Below are positions 48,747 through 58,284 of a stretch of DNA of 64,000 nt, one piece after another. Under the pieces are notes generated by a model. The model did not search any database. It saw nothing but the letters and a program-made list of their open reading frames with translations, and was not told the DNA's origin. The stretch's first letter is position 1; every line of letters starts with the position of its first letter. This DNA comes from Candidatus Eiseniibacteriota bacterium (GTDB lineage Bacteria; Eisenbacteria; RBG-16-71-46), in the NCBI GenBank assembly GCA_031370785.1, contig JANMQY010000030.1:19085-83084 (forward strand), read 5' to 3'. The translations under genes and the position numbers were made by a program.

Positions 48747-49982
48747 TCATCCTCGCGTTGCATCTGCTGCGGGGCGTGCAGTGGACTTCGCCATCTCTTC
48801 GGGCGCTTTGCGCCCCTTGAAGGCGCGGTAGAGCAGCACGTCGTAGGTGAGCTTTAGCCCCGCGCCGATGAACAGCGGCGCCGTCATCGAGGTGCCGCGC
48901 ATGAACAGCCCGGCGAACGAAGGCGCCACCGCCCACGCGCCGAGGCGCACCAGCGCGGTGAGGGTCGAGGCCACGGTGCGCTCTTCCGGCTTCACGACCG
49001 CCATCACGTACGACTGCCGCGTCGGCACGTCCATCTCGACCAGCCCCTCACGCAGCAGGAAGAGTGCAGCCGCGATCGGAAACGTAGGCGCGAACGGCAC
49101 GGTGAGGAGCAGCAGGCTCGAGGGCACGTGCGTGAACACCATGGTCTTCACGAGACCGATGCGCCTGGCGAGCCACGCCGCCGCCATGTGCGAGCCCGCG
49201 TTCATCACTCGCGCGCCGAAGAACAGCAGGCCGATCACCTCTTCGTTGGTGCCGAAGCGCTTGAAGAAGAAGAACGACAGCAATGCGGTGGTGAGAAATC
49301 CTCCGCCCAGCCCATCGATCGAGAACAGCGCACAGATGCGCCACAGCACTCCCCGGCTCTCGGGGCTGAGCACCACACGCGTGCGGCGGGCTGAGGATTC
49401 GACGGCGGGCGAAAGCCTGAGGTAGAGAATTCCAGTCGCGAGCATCATTGCCGCATAGAGCACGAGTACGGCGCGCAGCGAGTCGGGGTTGCTCATGTGC
49501 GCGGCGCGGCGCAGCAGCACGGGCAGCCCGGCGAGCAGGCTGCCCAGCGCATGGCCCGCGTCCAGCAGCACGTTGTATACGGCCAGTACGCGTGTGCGCT
49601 CGGCGTCGGTAGCGGTCGCGGGCAGCACCGCCTGTTCGAGCGCGAGCGCCGCGCCACGGTCGCGGCCCATGCCGTTGAGCATTCCGAAGCATGCCGCGAG
49701 CGCGAGCGCCCAGGCGTTGGTCGCGATCGACGCGGCCACTGCGCCAAGGGCGCCGAGCAGCGCGAGCGCGATCAGGAAGCGCTTGCGCCCGATGCGATCG
49801 CCCGAGAACATCGCGACCGCGGTGGCAAGCCCGGCGCCGGCGAGCCCCGCGCCGATCACGAGCCCGATCTGCGTGGTGTCGAGCCCGCACGCGGCGAGGT
49901 AGATACCGAGCACGACGCCCACCATTCCGGTGGCGAGGGCGCGCACGAACGCGGCGGTGTAGAAGATGCGGCGGTCGTTCAT
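48747..49982 (-). CDS. MFS transporter
   Basis: GDRIGRK, MDVPTRQSY and many TM segments. Confidence 0.9.
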   Translation of the reverse strand: MNDRRIFYTAAFVRALATGMVGVVLGIYLAACGLDTTQIGLVIGAGLAGAGLATAVAMFSGDRIGRKRFLIALALLGALGAVAASIATNAWALALAACFGMLNGMGRDRGAALALEQAVLPATATDAERTRVLAVYNVLLDAGHALGSLLAGLPVLLRRAAHMSNPDSLRAVLVLYAAMMLATGILYLRLSPAVESSARRTRVVLSPESRGVLWRICALFSIDGLGGGFLTTALLSFFFFKRFGTNEEVIGLLFFGARVMNAGSHMAAAWLARRIGLVKTMVFTHVPSSLLLLTVPFAPTFPIAAALFLLREGLVEMDVPTRQSYVMAVVKPEERTVASTLTALVRLGAWAVAPSFAGLFMRGTSMTAPLFIGAGLKLTYDVLLYRAFKGRKAPEEMAKSTARPAADATRG

Positions 49983-50034
49983 GAGCGGGGCAGCTTAGCG
50001 CATGCCCGCCTCGTGTGCGCTACCCTGCCAACGC

Positions 50035-50262
50035 ATGAGCTTCCTGCTTCCTCAGGAGAGGACCGGCGTGGTGCGACAATCGCGGCCCGTGGACATTCAC
50101 GGCGACCGCTATGTAGACGTGGCCATCGAGCTGGAGGGCGCGCCGGGCGAGTCGAAGAGCGGCCGCGTCGCAGCCTCCGAGTGCCCGCCCGATCTCGCGC
50201 CCGGCGATCGAGTCAGCGTGCGGTTCGTGATGGGAGTGATGGTGAAGGTGACACGTGCCTGA
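50035..50262 (+). CDS. Small hypothetical protein (possible OB-like fold)
   Basis: Coding-like sequence with LAPGDRVSV; overlaps the next start codon. Confidence 0.6.
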   Translation: MSFLLPQERTGVVRQSRPVDIHGDRYVDVAIELEGAPGESKSGRVAASECPPDLAPGDRVSVRFVMGVMVKVTRA

Positions 50263-51709
50263 GCCCGAGAGCCTCTTCGATCGCTCGCCGAACCTTTCGC
50301 GCGGCCTGCTGTTCGGCATTCTGGCGCTCGCCATCGTGCTGCGCCTCTACGATGCGACCCGCGTCCCGCTCTGGTTCGACGAAACCTACACGCTGTTGAT
50401 CGCCCGTCTCGGCCTGCCGGGCATGCTCCCGGCACTCGCGGCCGACATCCATCCGCCGCTGCACTTCGTGCTGGTCTGGTTGTGGCGCGGTCTCGGCGGC
50501 GAACGCGAAGTCTGGCTGCGTACGCTCTCGGTCCTGTTCGGGGTGGCGACCGTTGCGGTGACCTGGAGCCTGACCCGCGACACCTTCGGCCGCGGCGCGG
50601 CCCTGGTCGCGGCACTGCTGCTGGCCCTCCACCGCACGCACATCCACATGTCACAGGAAGTGCGGATGTACGCGCTGCTCTGGCTGCTGTACTCGATCGC
50701 GTTGTGGGCCGCGTGGCGCTGGATCGAGCGCGGTCGAACTCGAGACGCGGTGCTCTACGTGCTGGCCGGCGTCGCTGCGTTCTACACGCACTATCAGTCC
50801 ATCCTGGTGCTCGGGACCATCGGCGCGTGGGGCGTCGTCGCGCTCGCGCGCCAGCCGGCGCGACTGCTCCGATGGGTCGGGCTCAATGCCGCGATCCTGG
50901 TGCTGTTCGCGCCAATGCTGCCAACCTTCGTCCATCAGCTCGCCCGGAATCGCGACGCGCACTGGATCAAGCCGCCCCACCCGAGCGACTTGAACTCGCT
51001 GCTGCGCGGCATGTCGTTCGGCGCTCCCTACCTGATCGTACCGATGATCGTGCTCGCCATGCTGCCCCTGGTCGGCACGCGCCGTCGCGCCGCATCGCTT
51101 CTGTGGACATTCATTGCGGTCCCGGTCCTGGTGTCGTATGCCGTCACCATGCGGGGCGGGCATCTGTTCACCGTCCGCTACATGTTCTACACGCTCCCGG
51201 CCTGGTGCGCGCTGGTGGCCACCGGCGTGATGGGGCTGCCGTGGAAGTGGGCGCGCGCAGTGCTCGCGGTGGGGATCATCGCGATCGGCGTGCGCTCGTT
51301 CGCGATCACCGACGCGTACGAGGAGCCTCGCGAACTCAAGCGCGCCGAGGCGATCCTGCGGCCGAGCGTCGCGCCCGGCGACTACATCTTCTATGCGGAC
51401 GCGCACAGCCTGCTGTATTTCGTGCAATACATGCCGGATCTCGGCCGGCACCGGCTGCTGCTCAGGGATCCGAACCTGCCCTACTACGAGGGCGCGGTGG
51501 TCATCCCCGATTCGATCCGGGCTCTCCCCGCCGACTTCGAGCGGCTGTCCGCGCACGGCGCGCACTGGTGGGGCGTCTACTCGCAGCACGCCGGCATCGA
51601 CGCCGGGCCGACGGTCGCGCTGTTGCGTGCGCATGCTTCGAGCATCAGGCACGTCGGGCGGATGGTCACTCTGTTCGAAGGACCGGCGCGCCTGACCGCC
51701 GCGCCCTGA
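50255..51709 (+). CDS. GT39/ArnT-PMT-like membrane glycosyltransferase
   Basis: LWFDE, HPPL, SQEVRMY and YTHY motifs; multiple TM segments. Confidence 0.88.
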   Translation: MPEPESLFDRSPNLSRGLLFGILALAIVLRLYDATRVPLWFDETYTLLIARLGLPGMLPALAADIHPPLHFVLVWLWRGLGGEREVWLRTLSVLFGVATVAVTWSLTRDTFGRGAALVAALLLALHRTHIHMSQEVRMYALLWLLYSIALWAAWRWIERGRTRDAVLYVLAGVAAFYTHYQSILVLGTIGAWGVVALARQPARLLRWVGLNAAILVLFAPMLPTFVHQLARNRDAHWIKPPHPSDLNSLLRGMSFGAPYLIVPMIVLAMLPLVGTRRRAASLLWTFIAVPVLVSYAVTMRGGHLFTVRYMFYTLPAWCALVATGVMGLPWKWARAVLAVGIIAIGVRSFAITDAYEEPRELKRAEAILRPSVAPGDYIFYADAHSLLYFVQYMPDLGRHRLLLRDPNLPYYEGAVVIPDSIRALPADFERLSAHGAHWWGVYSQHAGIDAGPTVALLRAHASSIRHVGRMVTLFEGPARLTAAP

Positions 51710-51756
51710 GCCGCACGACTCGTCGCGTCGGCTCCCAGGGCGCAGCGGGGGCGGGC

Positions 51757-52062
51757 TTAGTAGCCGAACCAGTTCGCCGGCGGGCGGTTGTGCCCTAACG
51801 AGGTCAGGAACGTCGCCACGAATCCGCTGATGAATACCGCGACGATCCGGGCGATCACGGTTCCGCGCGAGGGACGACCGACCCACATGAGCGGCGTGAG
51901 ACACACGGTCATGAACACGACCAGTCCCCAGTCTCCGCTCAGGCGCGCCCAGAACGCGGCGCTCAATCCGTTGCACAGCGTCACCAGGCCGAACTGTGCG
52001 GAAGTCAGATGGTTATTCCGATTTCTGGCGAACTCACGCAGCAGGCCCAGCGTCGTGCCCAT
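51757..52062 (-). CDS. Small membrane protein (candidate immunity protein)
   Basis: 101 aa with about 3 hydrophobic segments; TGATG coupling to the upstream gene. Confidence 0.55.
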   Translation of the reverse strand: MGTTLGLLREFARNRNNHLTSAQFGLVTLCNGLSAAFWARLSGDWGLVVFMTVCLTPLMWVGRPSRGTVIARIVAVFISGFVATFLTSLGHNRPPANWFGY

Positions 52063-52850
52063 CAGTTTTGCCCGCGGTGGCCGAGGACATCGTACAGACA
52101 CAACAGGTTTGCACTCAGACATCCGATTCCAACTCCTGCCGCCCACACGGCCCAGCCCACCGGAGTCGTCGGCAGGATTGCCGGTAGTGCAATCAGCGCA
52201 GCGCCTTCGACCGCGAACACACGTCCCGCGGCGCATGCCAGAAACTCCATGAGCGGATCCCAGCAGTGCGGGTCTTCCCAGCATGGCTTGCGCGGAGCCA
52301 GGTTCGCGCGCCGCAGCTTCGGGTTGGTGTCGTTCGTCCCGCCTGCGCCCTCCTCCACGACCTCGAACCACGGATCGCTGGCCCGGTACTCGGCAAGGCT
52401 GTCGCCCACGAACGCGAGGTGCTGCACGCTGTCGTAGATCAGCACGCGACCGGTGCAGTTGGTGCTCGGCTCGCCGGTTGGGCTGAGCGCGGTGACCACC
52501 AGAATGTGCGGCGCGGCCCAGTGCACATCCGACGCCATCTGGCCGGGCTTCTCGAACGCGAGCGCGACCGTGGTCATCGGTGGATTGGAGAACTGGCGCG
52601 CGTCGTCGCCTTCGCGGCGAGGGATGTACCCGCGACGCGCGAACTCCTCCATCGCGACCACCACCTTGGGCAGCCGGCGCGCCCATTCGATCAATTGCGG
52701 CTTCGACATGTGCGCGCCGACCGGCAGGTTGTTTTCATCCCCGGCGAAGTAATCGGGTCGATATTCGTCGCTGGGCAGCTGGTAGGGGTCGGCGTAGGAA
52801 GGTGAGGCTAAGGCGAGGAACAGCAGAACGGCGATCGCGGACACACGCAT
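52062..52850 (-). CDS. Secreted protein with a Cys-containing hydrophobic C-terminal domain
   Basis: Signal peptide MRVSAIAVLLFLALASPSYA; GGGGG RBS-like run. Confidence 0.65.
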   Translation of the reverse strand: MRVSAIAVLLFLALASPSYADPYQLPSDEYRPDYFAGDENNLPVGAHMSKPQLIEWARRLPKVVVAMEEFARRGYIPRREGDDARQFSNPPMTTVALAFEKPGQMASDVHWAAPHILVVTALSPTGEPSTNCTGRVLIYDSVQHLAFVGDSLAEYRASDPWFEVVEEGAGGTNDTNPKLRRANLAPRKPCWEDPHCWDPLMEFLACAAGRVFAVEGAALIALPAILPTTPVGWAVWAAGVGIGCLSANLLCLYDVLGHRGQN

Positions 52851-53145
52851 GGATCCCCCCGGTCGCTCGCGGAGCCACGCCCTCGTGACCCGGAATCGCG
52901 TCGACGTGGATCGCCGACTCGTGCGAGCGCACGCGGACGAATCGCACACGGCGTGCCGGGTCCGGATCGAGGCGGCAGCGGCCTCTTCCTTGCGACTTGG
53001 GGCGATCCGCCACACGGTACCGGCATTCTCTTGCGTCACCGGCGTTGCCACGACTGTCCACGACGGGAGCCGCGTACGCTTCCTTCCCGCTTGCGCCTGC
53101 GCCCTCGCGCGGGGCATGATCCGCCGGTCCGTCTCAACCGCGGAT

Positions 53146-53235
53146 GCGTCGTTAGGGGTGGTCGGCAGCGCAACGCCGATCTGAGAGCAAACCCTTCGAA
53201 CCTGAACTGGCTAGGACCAGCGTAGGGAAACGGCG
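53146..53235 (+). ncRNA. TPP riboswitch
   Basis: AGGGG...CTGAGA...ACCC...GAACCTGA...GCGTAGGGA core; P1 pairing cgtcgtt/aacggcg. Confidence 0.93.
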
Positions 53236-53263
53236 AAGACAAGCGAGCTCTCCGGTTGCCTTC

Positions 53264-53295
53264 ATGCCGTCCCTTCGCGGGCGGCATTTCCGTTG
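53264..53295 (+). terminator. Riboswitch expression-platform hairpin
   Basis: Stem atgccgtcc/gggcggcat followed by ttccgtt. Confidence 0.6.
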
Positions 53296-53364
53296 TGGTA
53301 CGCGCGGCCGGACCCAGGCGCGCCGACTCCCCAGCGGCATGCGCGTCCCGAATGGGATCGCTCG

Positions 53365-54759
53365 ATGTTCAGTTCCAGTCCCCTCGACTGGGGATTGATC
53401 GTTCTCTATTTCGGCTTTCTCGCCGCGGTCTGGCTGCGCCTTCTCGGCCGATCCGTGACGCCGGTGGACTATCTGGTCGCCGGCCGCCGCGTCACCCTGC
53501 CGGCCTTCGTCGCGACGCTGGTCGCGACGTTCTACGGCGGCATCCTCGGCGTGGGCGAGTACTCGTGGCGCTACGGCATCTCGAACTGGCTGGTGTTCGG
53601 CGTGCCCTACTACATCGGCGCGCTGCTGTTCGCCCTGTTCTTCGCGAAGCGCGCGCGGCGCGAGGCGCTCTACACGCTCCCCGACCTGCTCGATCGCCAC
53701 TACGGGCGGGGCCCCGCGCTGATCGGCGCGGTGACGGTATTCGTGGGCACCGCGCCTGCGGCGTACGTGCTCATGCTCGGCACGTTGTTCGCCTCGATGT
53801 TCAGCCTTCCGCTGGTGCCGTGCGTGCTCGGCGCCGCGCTGTTCTCGGTGTTCTACATCTATAACGGCGGGCTGCGCAGCGTCGTGTTCACCGACCAGGT
53901 GCAGTTCCTACTCATGTACGCCGGCTTCATCGTGATCTTCGTCTTCCTGGTCGCGCAGCACGGCTGGCTCGGCTTCCTTCACGCGCACGTGCCGGCGACG
54001 CACTTCACCTGGCACGGGGGCAACCCCGCCTCCGCGATCATCGTCTGGTACTTCATCGCGCTCTCGACGCTGGTGGACCCCGGCTTCTGGCAGCGCGCCT
54101 ACGCGGCGCGCGACCCGAAAGTCGCGAAGCGCGGCGTGCTGATCTCGATCCTGTTCTGGATCCTGTTCGACTTCCTGACCACGTTCACCGGCCTGTATGC
54201 GCGGGCGCTGCTTCCTGCCCTCAAGGATCCGGTGTTCGCGTTCCCGGAGCTGGCGCGCATCACGCTGCCGCCGGTCGCGCTCGGCCTGTTCTACCTCGCC
54301 ATGATCGCGACGGTGATGAGCACGATCGATTCCTACGGCTTCATCGCCGCGACCACGGTCGGGCGCGACTTCGTGTGGCGGTTTCGCCGCGAGACCAGCG
54401 AGGCGCATCTCACGCGCTACTCGCAGATCGGCCTGTGGGTCGCGGGCACGTTCGCCGCGGTGCTCGCGCTCCTCGTGCGCAGCGTGATCGACCTGTGGCA
54501 CGACCTCGGCTCGATCACGACGCCGACCATGCTGCTCCCGGTTGCGACCGCGCTGCTCGGCCGCGGGCGCCTGACCAGCACGCGGACGACCGTCGCCATG
54601 CTCTCGGCGTTCACGATCTCGCTGGGCTCGGTGCTCGCCAAGCGCCTTGGGGCTTCTGGAGCTGGATATCCATTCGGCATCGAACCGATCTACGCAGGAC
54701 TCGCCACCTCACTCCTGCTCTACACGGCAGGCTGGCTACCGAAACCGGAGCGATCATGA
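53365..54759 (+). CDS. Sodium:solute symporter, probably for thiamine or a precursor
   Basis: YLVAGR, GGLRSVVFTD, WQRAYAA and ATVMSTIDS motifs; directly downstream of the TPP riboswitch. Confidence 0.9.
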   Translation: MFSSSPLDWGLIVLYFGFLAAVWLRLLGRSVTPVDYLVAGRRVTLPAFVATLVATFYGGILGVGEYSWRYGISNWLVFGVPYYIGALLFALFFAKRARREALYTLPDLLDRHYGRGPALIGAVTVFVGTAPAAYVLMLGTLFASMFSLPLVPCVLGAALFSVFYIYNGGLRSVVFTDQVQFLLMYAGFIVIFVFLVAQHGWLGFLHAHVPATHFTWHGGNPASAIIVWYFIALSTLVDPGFWQRAYAARDPKVAKRGVLISILFWILFDFLTTFTGLYARALLPALKDPVFAFPELARITLPPVALGLFYLAMIATVMSTIDSYGFIAATTVGRDFVWRFRRETSEAHLTRYSQIGLWVAGTFAAVLALLVRSVIDLWHDLGSITTPTMLLPVATALLGRGRLTSTRTTVAMLSAFTISLGSVLAKRLGASGAGYPFGIEPIYAGLATSLLLYTAGWLPKPERS

Positions 54760-57173
54760 ACTCGCTGACTCGAATCGCGCTGATCCCGTTCGCCGCACTC
54801 CTCCTCCTCGCGCCCGCGCGAGCCGCCTTCGCGCAGCCGGCAGCCGCAGCGTCAGACAGCGCCGATTGGAGCGGCTCGGACAGCGGCCGCCCGGGCGCCA
54901 CGGAAGACACGCTGCGCCGCATCGTGCGGTTGCCCGAGGTGGTGGTGTCGACCGCCCGCGCCTCCGAGCGTGCGCCGATCGCGCGCTCGGTGCTCTCGCG
55001 CGAGGAGATCCAGTCCGCGAACTTCGGGCAGGACACTCCGATGGTCTTGGCGACGCTGCCCGGCGCGTACGCGTACAGCGACGCGGGCAACGGCATCGGC
55101 TATTCGTATCTTTCGATCCGCGGCTTTCCTCAGCGCAGGATCAGCGTGACCATCAACGGGGTGCCGCTCAACGACCCCGAGTCGCACGAGGTCTACTGGA
55201 TCGACCATCCGGACCTGCTCGCATCGACCAGCGAAGCGCAGGTGCAGCGCGGCGTCGGTTCGGCGCTGTACGGCGCGGCGTCGGTCGGCGGCAGCGTGAA
55301 CCTCGAGACCGGGCCGATGAGCGAGAACCGCCAGAGCACTGCGCTCGTCGGATACGGCTCCTACGACACCAGGCGCCTGATGCTCGAGATGGGCTCGGGC
55401 GCGCTTCCCGGCGGGTGGAACCTCTATGGCCGCTATTCGCGCATCGAGACCCAGGGCTATCGCGACCAGTCGTTCACACAGCTCTGGTCCTACGCGCTCT
55501 CGGCGCGGCGCGTGCTCGATCGCCAGTCCTTTCGCGTCAACTTGTATGGCGGGCCCGAGGAGACGCATCTCGCCTACCTCGGCGTACCGGCGGCGTATCT
55601 CGCCGGCGCGGTGAGCGGCGATGCGGATCGCGATCGTCGCTTCAATCCGCTCACCTACCCCAACGAGCGCGATCACTTCTTCGAGCCGCACTACGAGCTG
55701 ATCCACGCGTGGTCGGCGAGCGACGCATTCTCGTTCGCGCAGACGCTGTTCTGGTTCGACGGCAAGGGCTACTACGATGAGCAGCGTGCGGGTAGGAATC
55801 TTTCCGACTACCGGCTCTCCCCGTGGCTCACTACGGACTCGACGCTGGCGTCACGTGACTACTACCAGCAGGACGGCAGCGGCAACCTTGTGCAGGACGG
55901 CTCGGGCCGCTTCACACTCGAGCGGTTCGATCTGGTGCGCAGGCGCACGGTCGTCAATCGCCACTACGGCTGGGTGCCGCGCGTGCGCATGAAGCACGCG
56001 GGCGGATGGCTCACGCTGGGCGGCGAGCTGCGCGCCCACGACGGCCGTCACTTCGGCGAAGTGATCGGCGGCACGCCGCTCCCGCCCGGCACCGAGCCCG
56101 ACCACAAGTACTACGACTACCACCCGCGCACGCTCGCCGCCGGGTTGTTCGCGCGCGAGGAGTTCGCGATCAGCCCAGCGCTGCTCGCGACCGCGGACCT
56201 GGGATGGCGCCACGAGGGCTACGCGATGCGTGACGACCATTTCGATGGCATTCGATTCGATCAGCCCTACGACTTCGCGATTCCTCGCCTCGGCCTCACC
56301 TGGACGCCGCGCGCGAACGCGAGCGCGTTCGCATCGTGGGCGCGGTCAGCGCGCGAGCCCGCATTCCGAGACCTCTACGACGCCGAGGGCGCGGGAAGCG
56401 TGCCGCTCTACCGGACGGTCGACGTCGCGAACAACGTGTATCGCGATCCGCTCATCCGCCCCGAGCACGTGAACGACTTCGAGCTGGGCGCCACATGGAG
56501 TACGGGGCTGCCCGCGTCGGGCAAACTCCCCGGCGCATCCCGCGCAGTGCAGGAGGCATCGCTCTCGCTCAACCTCTTCCGCATGGATTTCCGCGACGAG
56601 CTGGTGTACGCGGGGCAGTTCAACACCGACCTCGGCTACCCGATCCTCGGCAACGCGGCCAGGTCGGTGCATCAGGGGGTCGAGCTTGCGACGAAGACCG
56701 CGCGGCGTCTCGCGCGCAGCTTGACGCTACGGCTCGACGCAAACGCCACGCTCAGCGACAACCATTTCGTGCGCTACCGCGAGGTGTACGGCACCGCGCC
56801 AGGCGACACGGTCAGCTACGACGGCAAGGCGCTCGGGTTCTTCCCCGCCGTGCTGGGCAATCTCTCGACGCGGCTTGCATGGCGCGACTGGACGGTTGGC
56901 GCGGACCTGCGTCACGCCGGGCGGATCTATCTCGACAACACCGAGAGTGTCTCCGCCAGCATCGCGCCGCGCACCGTGCTCGACCTGATCGGAGGCGTGC
57001 GGGTCTCGCCCGGCGCAACCAGCCTGTCGTTCACGCTGCGGGTCATGAACGCGCTCGACACGCGCTACGCGACCGGCGGCTATATGGACTACGACGCGGG
57101 CGGAAGCCTCGTGCCGCAATTCGTGCCGGCCGCGACCCGCAATGTGCTCGGAGAGCTGCGGGTGACGTTCTAG
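54756..57173 (+). CDS. TonB-dependent receptor, probably for thiamine
   Basis: EVVVS TonB box, SIRGF, INGVPLND, QVQRG..SALYG and terminal Phe; ATGA overlap with the symporter. Confidence 0.93.
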   Translation: MNSLTRIALIPFAALLLLAPARAAFAQPAAAASDSADWSGSDSGRPGATEDTLRRIVRLPEVVVSTARASERAPIARSVLSREEIQSANFGQDTPMVLATLPGAYAYSDAGNGIGYSYLSIRGFPQRRISVTINGVPLNDPESHEVYWIDHPDLLASTSEAQVQRGVGSALYGAASVGGSVNLETGPMSENRQSTALVGYGSYDTRRLMLEMGSGALPGGWNLYGRYSRIETQGYRDQSFTQLWSYALSARRVLDRQSFRVNLYGGPEETHLAYLGVPAAYLAGAVSGDADRDRRFNPLTYPNERDHFFEPHYELIHAWSASDAFSFAQTLFWFDGKGYYDEQRAGRNLSDYRLSPWLTTDSTLASRDYYQQDGSGNLVQDGSGRFTLERFDLVRRRTVVNRHYGWVPRVRMKHAGGWLTLGGELRAHDGRHFGEVIGGTPLPPGTEPDHKYYDYHPRTLAAGLFAREEFAISPALLATADLGWRHEGYAMRDDHFDGIRFDQPYDFAIPRLGLTWTPRANASAFASWARSAREPAFRDLYDAEGAGSVPLYRTVDVANNVYRDPLIRPEHVNDFELGATWSTGLPASGKLPGASRAVQEASLSLNLFRMDFRDELVYAGQFNTDLGYPILGNAARSVHQGVELATKTARRLARSLTLRLDANATLSDNHFVRYREVYGTAPGDTVSYDGKALGFFPAVLGNLSTRLAWRDWTVGADLRHAGRIYLDNTESVSASIAPRTVLDLIGGVRVSPGATSLSFTLRVMNALDTRYATGGYMDYDAGGSLVPQFVPAATRNVLGELRVTF

Positions 57174-57211
57174 CCGCACCCGGCGCGGGGAGCACGTGCC
57201 CCTCCCGGGCA

Positions 57212-57239
57212 TTGACGGCGGGTTCGGCAGCGGTAGACT
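57212..57239 (+). promoter_or_regulatory. Sigma70-like promoter
   Basis: TTGACG-N16-TAGACT, 43 nt upstream of ATG 57283. Confidence 0.5.
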
Positions 57240-57282
57240 CGTCTTCCGCTCGCAGCTGAAACCGAAGGTCTGGAGGCCCACC

Positions 57283-57756
57283 ATGACCCGCTCGCCCCGC
57301 GTCCCGCTCCTGGTGGCAATCTTCGCGATCGCCATCGTCCTGCGGCCGATCGACTCGCATGCCTGCTCGTGTACGTTCGATCACACCGTGATGGAGGAAT
57401 TCGATATTGCCGTTGCGGTGTTCGCCGGAACGGTCACGAACATTCAGCCCTCGGCAGACGGCTACAACCTGGTCGTGACGATCACCCCGACGATTCGCTG
57501 GAAAGGCGGATTCGACGATCCGGTGCAGGTGCTCACCCCGCTGAACGGAGCCGTCTGCGGCTATGAATTCGTGGTGGGCGAGTCCTACCTCGTGTTCGCC
57601 TTCAACTCGGGAGGTCAGCCTCCCTTCTTCACGCACCTGTGCTCGAGGACCGGGCTGCTCGCGAACAACTCGACCGTGCCGCAGCTGCCTCCTCCCCAGC
57701 ATCCGGTGCCGACGCGCATGAAGACCTGGGGCGCGCTCAAGACCTTCTACCGTTAG
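57283..57756 (+). CDS. TIMP/NTR-like secreted protein with a TWGxLKxxYR tail
   Basis: GGAGG RBS; signal peptide ending SHA, then CSC; VFAGTV, CGYEF..GESYLVFA and CSRT. Confidence 0.78.
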   Translation: MTRSPRVPLLVAIFAIAIVLRPIDSHACSCTFDHTVMEEFDIAVAVFAGTVTNIQPSADGYNLVVTITPTIRWKGGFDDPVQVLTPLNGAVCGYEFVVGESYLVFAFNSGGQPPFFTHLCSRTGLLANNSTVPQLPPPQHPVPTRMKTWGALKTFYR

Positions 57757-58273
57757 GCCGCGTTCGCCCTGCTAGCGGGTTTTCTTCCTTCGGCCTGGGT
57801 GCGGGCTTCGAGCGTCGCTTGGTTGCGGGCTTCGAGGCCCGTTTCGTCGCCGGCTTCGCGCCACGTTTCGGCGCGCGCTTCGGCTTCGTCTCCGCCGTGG
57901 CGCGTGCGTCGATCGAGCGACGCGCCCAACGCGCGAACTCGGGCGCGTCCTCGACCACATCGAGCGGGACTTCCCAGTAGCGGTCCATGACGTGTCCGGG
58001 CCACGGTGTGAACGGTCCCATGCCGTGTGCGGTGTGTGCAGGACGCGTGCTCTCATCCGCCCAGAAGTACACGCGGTCCTCGTCCACCACCGCGAAGAAC
58101 GCGTCACCCAGGTAGAGCCCGTGCCCGCCGAACATCGCGCGGCTACTGACCGTGCCGAGGCCGCCGAGTTGCTCGACCAGGAACAGGATGAAGGAGTCGT
58201 CCTTCTTCTTCTTTGCGGTTCCGGGGGCGTTCCGGCTGAGCGTGGTCGGTCTGGGCTTCGGTCTGGTCGCCAT
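57737..58273 (-). CDS. TfoX N-terminal-domain protein
   Basis: RAMFGGHGLY, FAVV, YWEVP and WARRS motifs. Confidence 0.85.
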   Translation of the reverse strand: MATRPKPRPTTLSRNAPGTAKKKKDDSFILFLVEQLGGLGTVSSRAMFGGHGLYLGDAFFAVVDEDRVYFWADESTRPAHTAHGMGPFTPWPGHVMDRYWEVPLDVVEDAPEFARWARRSIDARATAETKPKRAPKRGAKPATKRASKPATKRRSKPAPRPKEENPLAGRTRPNGRRS

Positions 58274-58284
58274 GCTGATCGCGC

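Noticed and set aside
53091..53120. TTGCGC-N18-CATGAT promoter upstream of the riboswitch
   Set aside because: The consensus match is too weak to call.
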